A stretch of 64,000 nucleotides of DNA from an uncultured delta proteobacterium (lineage in GTDB: Bacteria > Desulfobacterota > Binatia > UBA9968): positions 208,462-272,461 of the forward strand of contig CAWFJP010000018.1 in the NCBI GenBank assembly GCA_963816145.1, given 5' to 3'. The position numbers were made by a program, and so were the translations under genes. The notes beneath the pieces were generated by a model. It ran no database searches. It saw only the letters and a list, made by a program, of their open reading frames with translations, and was not told the origin of the DNA. This document shows, piece after piece, positions 59,399 through 64,000 of this stretch (position 1 is the first letter of the stretch; each line of letters opens with the position of its first letter).

Positions 59399-60369
59399 TT
59401 GCTCCGGTTCCATCTCTCGAAGATCTAATTCGCGACTCAAATCATGCTTTGGTCATCGGTGTCGGTGGCGGCGGTGATGTTGCGGGCGCGCTGGCTACAG
59501 CGCGTTTTTTTGAATTCTGCGGCTTGCGCTTTACCCTCGGCGGTTTGTCTTGGGAAAGAAACGTTTACGATCCGATACCCGGCCCGCGCAAACTGAGCGA
59601 AACCAACAACGTCAACCCTCTCCACGAGTTTGCTTGGCTGGCCAATCCGCTGAGTCAGACCAGCACCGGCGTGCCATTCGCCGAAGCGAAGATGGCAGAA
59701 GTTATCGGCCTGGAAGTCTTGCTCGTCGATATCAACGGCGGCGTGACCGGGGTGGTTGCCGCACTGGAAACCGCCATGAAAGCCCTCGGCGCCGACCTGC
59801 TCGTCGGCCTCGACGTTGGCGGCGATTCCTTGGCCCAAGGGTCGGAGCCTGGCTTGCGCAGTCCGCTCGCCGATTCGATCATGCTTGCCGCCATGGCGGA
59901 ATTGACAAGCCGCGGTCATCGAACGATTTGGGGCGTCTTCGGTTTCGGCAGCGACGGAGAACTGACAGTAGATGAAATCGAGCTGGCGCTAAGCAAACTC
60001 GGCGCCGCCGGCGGCCTGCTCGGCGCCTGTTCATTGACGCCGAAGATCGCCGCCGAGCTGGAAACCGTCATCAAGACCGTACCGACCGAAGCCAGCGCGA
60101 TCCCCGTGCAATGCTTTCGCGGCGCCTGGGGTGACCATGCCATCCGCCGCGGCCAACGGCAGGTAAAGTTGACGCCGCTCACCGCCCTGACTTTTTTCAT
60201 GTCGACGGCGAAACTTTATGGGACCCTCGCCCGACCCGCTCAAGCCGTGCGCCAAAGTGCATCTCTCGACGAAGCCAACGACGCCCTTCACGCCATCGGC
60301 ATCCGCACCGAACTCGATTACGAACGGGATTATTATCGCGCTATGATGCAACGAGGCATGCAGCAGTGA
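59395..60369 (+). CDS. DUF1152 family protein
   Basis: GVGGGGDV, DVGGDSLA.G.E..L.SPLAD and G.GSDGEL. Confidence 0.78.
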   Translation: MIAPVPSLEDLIRDSNHALVIGVGGGGDVAGALATARFFEFCGLRFTLGGLSWERNVYDPIPGPRKLSETNNVNPLHEFAWLANPLSQTSTGVPFAEAKMAEVIGLEVLLVDINGGVTGVVAALETAMKALGADLLVGLDVGGDSLAQGSEPGLRSPLADSIMLAAMAELTSRGHRTIWGVFGFGSDGELTVDEIELALSKLGAAGGLLGACSLTPKIAAELETVIKTVPTEASAIPVQCFRGAWGDHAIRRGQRQVKLTPLTALTFFMSTAKLYGTLARPAQAVRQSASLDEANDALHAIGIRTELDYERDYYRAMMQRGMQQ

Positions 60370-61622
60370 TCGAAAAACTCTTCGGCGATCTGCAGCGCGA
60401 CGCGATCATACTTATGACCTCGCGCGGCGTGCGCGCCTTCGCCTTCTCCTATTTGAGCGTCGTCTTCACGATCTATTTAAGCCAGTTGGGCTACTCGACC
60501 ATGACGGTGGGCTTGGTCGTCACCATCGCCTACGCCAGCGGCGCAGTATTGACCGCGCTCTGGGGTTTCATGTCGGACCGCTACGGCCGTAAAAATATCC
60601 TCATGCTCTTGGCTTTGTTGACCATCATCTCCAACTGCATCTATATCTTCTTCGACCATCTTGTTTTCATCGTCCTCGCCGTCGTCATCGCCAATGTCGG
60701 CGCCGGCGGCTCCGGCGCCGGTGGCCAAGGCGGCGGTCCCATGAGCCCGGTCGAACAAGCCCTGCTCGCCGAGAAATGCACGCCGGCCAATCGTAACAAA
60801 GTTTTTGCCACCAACTCCTTCGTCGGATCGATGATGGGCTCGCTGGGCGCGCTCGTCAGCGGCGTGCCGCAATATCTCCAAGAGAGCAGGCACTGGCAAC
60901 CGATCGCATCCTACAAGCCGCTGTTTGTCCTGACGATACTCTTCAGCTGCGTGCTGATCTTCGCCTACTCGCGCATCGAAGAGCATCATGTCTATCAAAA
61001 ACGCGAGAAGAAGCACTACGCCACGAAGGCCAACAAGTTCGTCTTGAAAATGTCGCTGCTCGGCATGGTCGATAACTTGGGCGGCGGCTTGATCAGTCCG
61101 CTGATCTCCTATTGGTTCTTCCTGCGCTACGGCGTCGAGCTGAAATCCTTGGGTTTCATGTTCTTTCTGTCCTACTTTCTCGCCGCCATGTCGTTTCTGA
61201 CCGCACCGATTATCGCCCGCCAGATCGGCGTCGTGCGCACCATGGCGTTTTCCCATGGTCTCGCCTCGCTCACCTGGCTCTGCTTGCCGTTTGCACCCAC
61301 CTTCACCATCGCCGCCACGCTGACCATCATCCGTTCTTATTTGGCCTACATGGACAATCCGCTGCGCAGCTCGTTCATCATGGGCGTGGTCCGACCCGAG
61401 GACCGCGGCTCTGCCGCCGGCTTTACGACCCTATCGCGTCAAGTGCCGGTAGCGATCAGCCCGAGCATCTCTGCTTACATGATGCAGGCGTTTGCTCTCA
61501 ACCTGCCGATTTGGATCGGCGGTGGACTGCAACTGTTTCACGACTGCGTTTTTTACTACATGTTCCGCGACGTCAAACCGCCGGAAGAACATGGAGCCAG
61601 GCCCCAGACGGTCAAAGTCTAA
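60366..61622 (+). CDS. MFS transporter
   Basis: SDRYGRK, Gly-rich ANVGAGGSG and MDNPLR.SF. About 12 TM segments. Confidence 0.87.
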   Translation: MIEKLFGDLQRDAIILMTSRGVRAFAFSYLSVVFTIYLSQLGYSTMTVGLVVTIAYASGAVLTALWGFMSDRYGRKNILMLLALLTIISNCIYIFFDHLVFIVLAVVIANVGAGGSGAGGQGGGPMSPVEQALLAEKCTPANRNKVFATNSFVGSMMGSLGALVSGVPQYLQESRHWQPIASYKPLFVLTILFSCVLIFAYSRIEEHHVYQKREKKHYATKANKFVLKMSLLGMVDNLGGGLISPLISYWFFLRYGVELKSLGFMFFLSYFLAAMSFLTAPIIARQIGVVRTMAFSHGLASLTWLCLPFAPTFTIAATLTIIRSYLAYMDNPLRSSFIMGVVRPEDRGSAAGFTTLSRQVPVAISPSISAYMMQAFALNLPIWIGGGLQLFHDCVFYYMFRDVKPPEEHGARPQTVKV

Positions 61623-61625
61623 ATC

Positions 61626-62858
61626 ATGGGAATCGTCAGCAGCCTGCACCGCGACGCCAAACTCCTGATGGCCTCGCGCGGTATCCGCGCCTTCGCGTTC
61701 TCTTATCTAAACGTCATCTTCGCAATCTATCTTGACCGCCTCGGCTACACGCCGGTCACCATCGGCATTGTTTACTCCGTCGCTTATTTGAGCGGCGCGG
61801 TGCTCACCGCCCTGTGGGGTTATCTGTCGGATCGCTACGGACGGCGCAAGATCCTGATGCTGCTGGCGCTATTAACGATTGTCTCCAACGCCATCTTCGT
61901 TTTTTTTAGCAGCCTGTTTTTCATTCTGCTCGCGGTGATTATCGCCAATGTCGGCGCCGGCGGCTCCGGCGGCGGCGGATCGGGCGGTGGACCGTTCAAT
62001 CCGGTCGAAGAAGCTTTGCTCGCGGAAAAATGCACGCCGGACAACCGCACGCAGATTTTCGGTCTCAATTCTTTCGTCGGCTCGGTGATGGGCTCCATCG
62101 GCGCCCTGGCCGCCGGCGTGCCGCAATTCCTCCAAGAGCGCTGGGGCTGGGAATCGGTGGCGTCGTACAAACCGCTTTTCTTGCTGACGATAGTTTTCAG
62201 CGTCGGCCTGCTGTTGGTGTACAACCTGATCAGCGAGCAACACCAACCGCGCCGGGTCGAAAAGAAAGTCTCGAAAGCGACCGGCGTGTTCGTCACCAAG
62301 ATGTCGATCTTGGCTTTCGTCGACAACTTTGGTGCGGGCATGGCCGGCGGGCTCGTCTCCTATTGGTTCTTTCTGCGCTTCGGCGTCGAGCTCAAGTCTT
62401 TGGGCCTGCTGTTTTTCATCTCCAACTTTCTCGCCGCCCTGTCGTTCCTTAGCGCGCCGATCATCGCCCGCTGGATCGGCTTGGTAAAAACCATGGCGTT
62501 CTCCCATGGGCTGGCGTCGCTGATTTACATCGCCATCCCGTTCGCGCCGACGTTTTTCATTGCTGCCACGCTGCTGGCGATCCGCTCCTTCTTCGCCTAC
62601 ATGGACAACCCCTTGCGGGCGTCCTTCACCATGGCCATGGTCCAGTCCAGCGAGCGTGGTTCCGCCGCTGGCGTCACCAGCCTGGCGCGCACCGTTCCCT
62701 TCGGTATTAGCCCAACCATCTCGACCTATCTCATGCAAAACGTTTCGTTGACTCTTCCATTATTTATCGGCGGCGGATTACAATTGGTCAACGACGTGGT
62801 TTTCTACACCATGTTTCGCCACATAAGGCCGCCGGAGGAAATGAATCGGAAATGGTAA
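61626..62858 (+). CDS. MFS transporter (tandem paralog of the previous gene)
   Basis: Same motifs as 60366-61622. Confidence 0.87.
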   Translation: MGIVSSLHRDAKLLMASRGIRAFAFSYLNVIFAIYLDRLGYTPVTIGIVYSVAYLSGAVLTALWGYLSDRYGRRKILMLLALLTIVSNAIFVFFSSLFFILLAVIIANVGAGGSGGGGSGGGPFNPVEEALLAEKCTPDNRTQIFGLNSFVGSVMGSIGALAAGVPQFLQERWGWESVASYKPLFLLTIVFSVGLLLVYNLISEQHQPRRVEKKVSKATGVFVTKMSILAFVDNFGAGMAGGLVSYWFFLRFGVELKSLGLLFFISNFLAALSFLSAPIIARWIGLVKTMAFSHGLASLIYIAIPFAPTFFIAATLLAIRSFFAYMDNPLRASFTMAMVQSSERGSAAGVTSLARTVPFGISPTISTYLMQNVSLTLPLFIGGGLQLVNDVVFYTMFRHIRPPEEMNRKW

Positions 62859-62894
62859 TGTTGAACTCGGTTCGAGCAGCTCAGACCCTATCGA

Positions 62895-62943
62895 CCCCCT
62901 CCTTCATCCTCCCCCGCGACGCGGGGGAGGAAAGAGGTGGGGG
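62895..62943. repeat. Repeat family C, intact (empty-site form of the MITE target)
   Basis: CCCCCTCCTTCATCCTCCCCCGC-GAC-GCGGGGGAGGAAAGAGGTGGGGG. Confidence 0.85.
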
Positions 62944-62976
62944 ATTGAACGGCTTGAACCGATCGAGCGTAGCGAG

Positions 62977-63378
62977 ATGAGACGCCCATCCCAACCCACC
63001 GGTGCTGTCAGCTTCATCGAACGGCTGGCCGAGCAGCGCATCCTTGAAGCCCAGCGCAAGGGCGAGTTCAATGACCTTGCCGGCAAGGGCAAGCCGCTGG
63101 AACTGGAAGACTATAGCGCCCTGCCGGAGGATCTACGCATGGCTTATCATGTCCTGAAGAATGCTCATGTCCTGCCGCCGGAAGCCGAGCTCATGAAAGA
63201 CATTAGGATACTTGAAGACTTACTTAAGCATATCGAAGACGAAGGAGAACGGAAATCTTTGGCCAAAAGCCTTCAGTGGAAAATGATCCGCTTGGACATC
63301 CTCAAGCGGCGCTCGATGAATCTCACCAGCGCGCGCGATTATAGCCGTAAATTGATCGCCAGGTTGTCGCGCCGTTAA
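62977..63378 (+). CDS. DUF1992 (DNAJC28 conserved domain) protein
   Basis: AE.RI.EA...GEF..L.GKGKPL and LRMAY.VLKNA..LPPE. Confidence 0.85.
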   Translation: MRRPSQPTGAVSFIERLAEQRILEAQRKGEFNDLAGKGKPLELEDYSALPEDLRMAYHVLKNAHVLPPEAELMKDIRILEDLLKHIEDEGERKSLAKSLQWKMIRLDILKRRSMNLTSARDYSRKLIARLSRR

Positions 63379-63501
63379 CGCTACTCGCAGTGGCTTCAGC
63401 GCCCGAATTAGCTTTGCCTTGACGGGTGTTCCATGTTAGAAATCCCCTACTCTAAATAACCGGCGTTAAAACGTCACCAAGCAAGCGAAAGGAGCACCGT
63501 T

Positions 63502-64000
63502 ATGTCAGAGAAGTCTCCCATCAATATCAAAAAGATCGGCCATATCGTCTATACGTGCAGCGACCTCGAGCGCACCTCGAAGTTCTGGACCGAGATCATG
63601 GGTTTCAAGTTTTCCGATAAGAACGAGATGGGCATGGTATTTTTCCGCAATGCCACGGATCATCACACCATCGCCTTGATGCAAGCGACGGAAAAGAATC
63701 CGCTGCCCAAGCGCGGTGAAGTAGGCTTCGATCATATGGCGCTCGAAGTTGCCAGCGTTTCGGAGCTGTTCAAGATCCGCGATTTCTTGAAATCCAAAGG
63801 CGTGACGATTTTCTACGAGGGGCGGCGCGGTCCCGGCGGCAATCCCGGCGTCGAGTTCTACGACCCCGATGGCTATAAGATCGAAATCTACGCCGCCATG
63901 GATCAGATCGGCACCGACGGCAAGAGCCGCCCGGCCAACGAGTGGAGCCGCGCGACGACCCTGGAAGAAGCGGTCAACAATCCGCTGCCCGGCGCCGAAT
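63502..64000 (+). CDS. VOC/glyoxalase family protein (3' partial)
   Basis: AAGGAG RBS. MSEKSPINIKKIGHIVY...FFRNATDHH...FDHMAL...DPDGYKIE. Paralog of 58844-59398; not in the ORF track. Confidence 0.85.
   Translation, partial: MSEKSPINIKKIGHIVYTCSDLERTSKFWTEIMGFKFSDKNEMGMVFFRNATDHHTIALMQATEKNPLPKRGEVGFDHMALEVASVSELFKIRDFLKSKGVTIFYEGRRGPGGNPGVEFYDPDGYKIEIYAAMDQIGTDGKSRPANEWSRATTLEEAVNNPLPGAE

Overview
GC-rich, gene-dense bacterial chromosomal window. I found no rRNA, tRNA, CRISPR array, prophage or transposase gene. The expanded amidohydrolase-2, NMT1/SsuA-type binding-protein, MFS and VOC families plus many short intergenic palindromes resemble Candidatus Binatia-like deltaproteobacteria; this is an inference from gene content only. 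(1) Positions 1-13.3 kb form one leftward run of redox and hydrolase genes: STAS-like, cupin, SDR, FMN reductase, MDR oxidoreductase, non-heme chloroperoxidase, Zn-ADH, a frameshifted cNMP-TrxB-like gene, zf-UBP, SnoaL, YcaC, amidohydrolase, ABM, DUF4126 and a disulfide oxidoreductase. Upstream of it are a sigma-54 -24/-12 box, an IHF-like site and two palindromic enhancer-like boxes, and a multi-PAS/GAF sigma-54 activator gene lies at 14.9-18.4 kb. This block contains several decayed genes. (2) Positions 19-64 kb hold catabolic and transport genes: gor, an orphan ParB-like gene, two Cys-less maleate-isomerase-like genes, four amidohydrolases, orphan solute-binding proteins, a Deg protease, a thiol dioxygenase with a 4-domain rhodanese, seven MFS genes, a Dpp ABC set, VOC genes and DUF1152. 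The most striking non-coding signal is a layered repeat system. A 132-133 bp MITE with 15-bp terminal inverted repeats and 3-bp target duplications occurs three times, each time inside another palindromic repeat. There is also a loop-less 84-bp perfect palindrome, and one repeat copy encodes part of a signal peptide. All protein calls come from motif recognition, not database searches.
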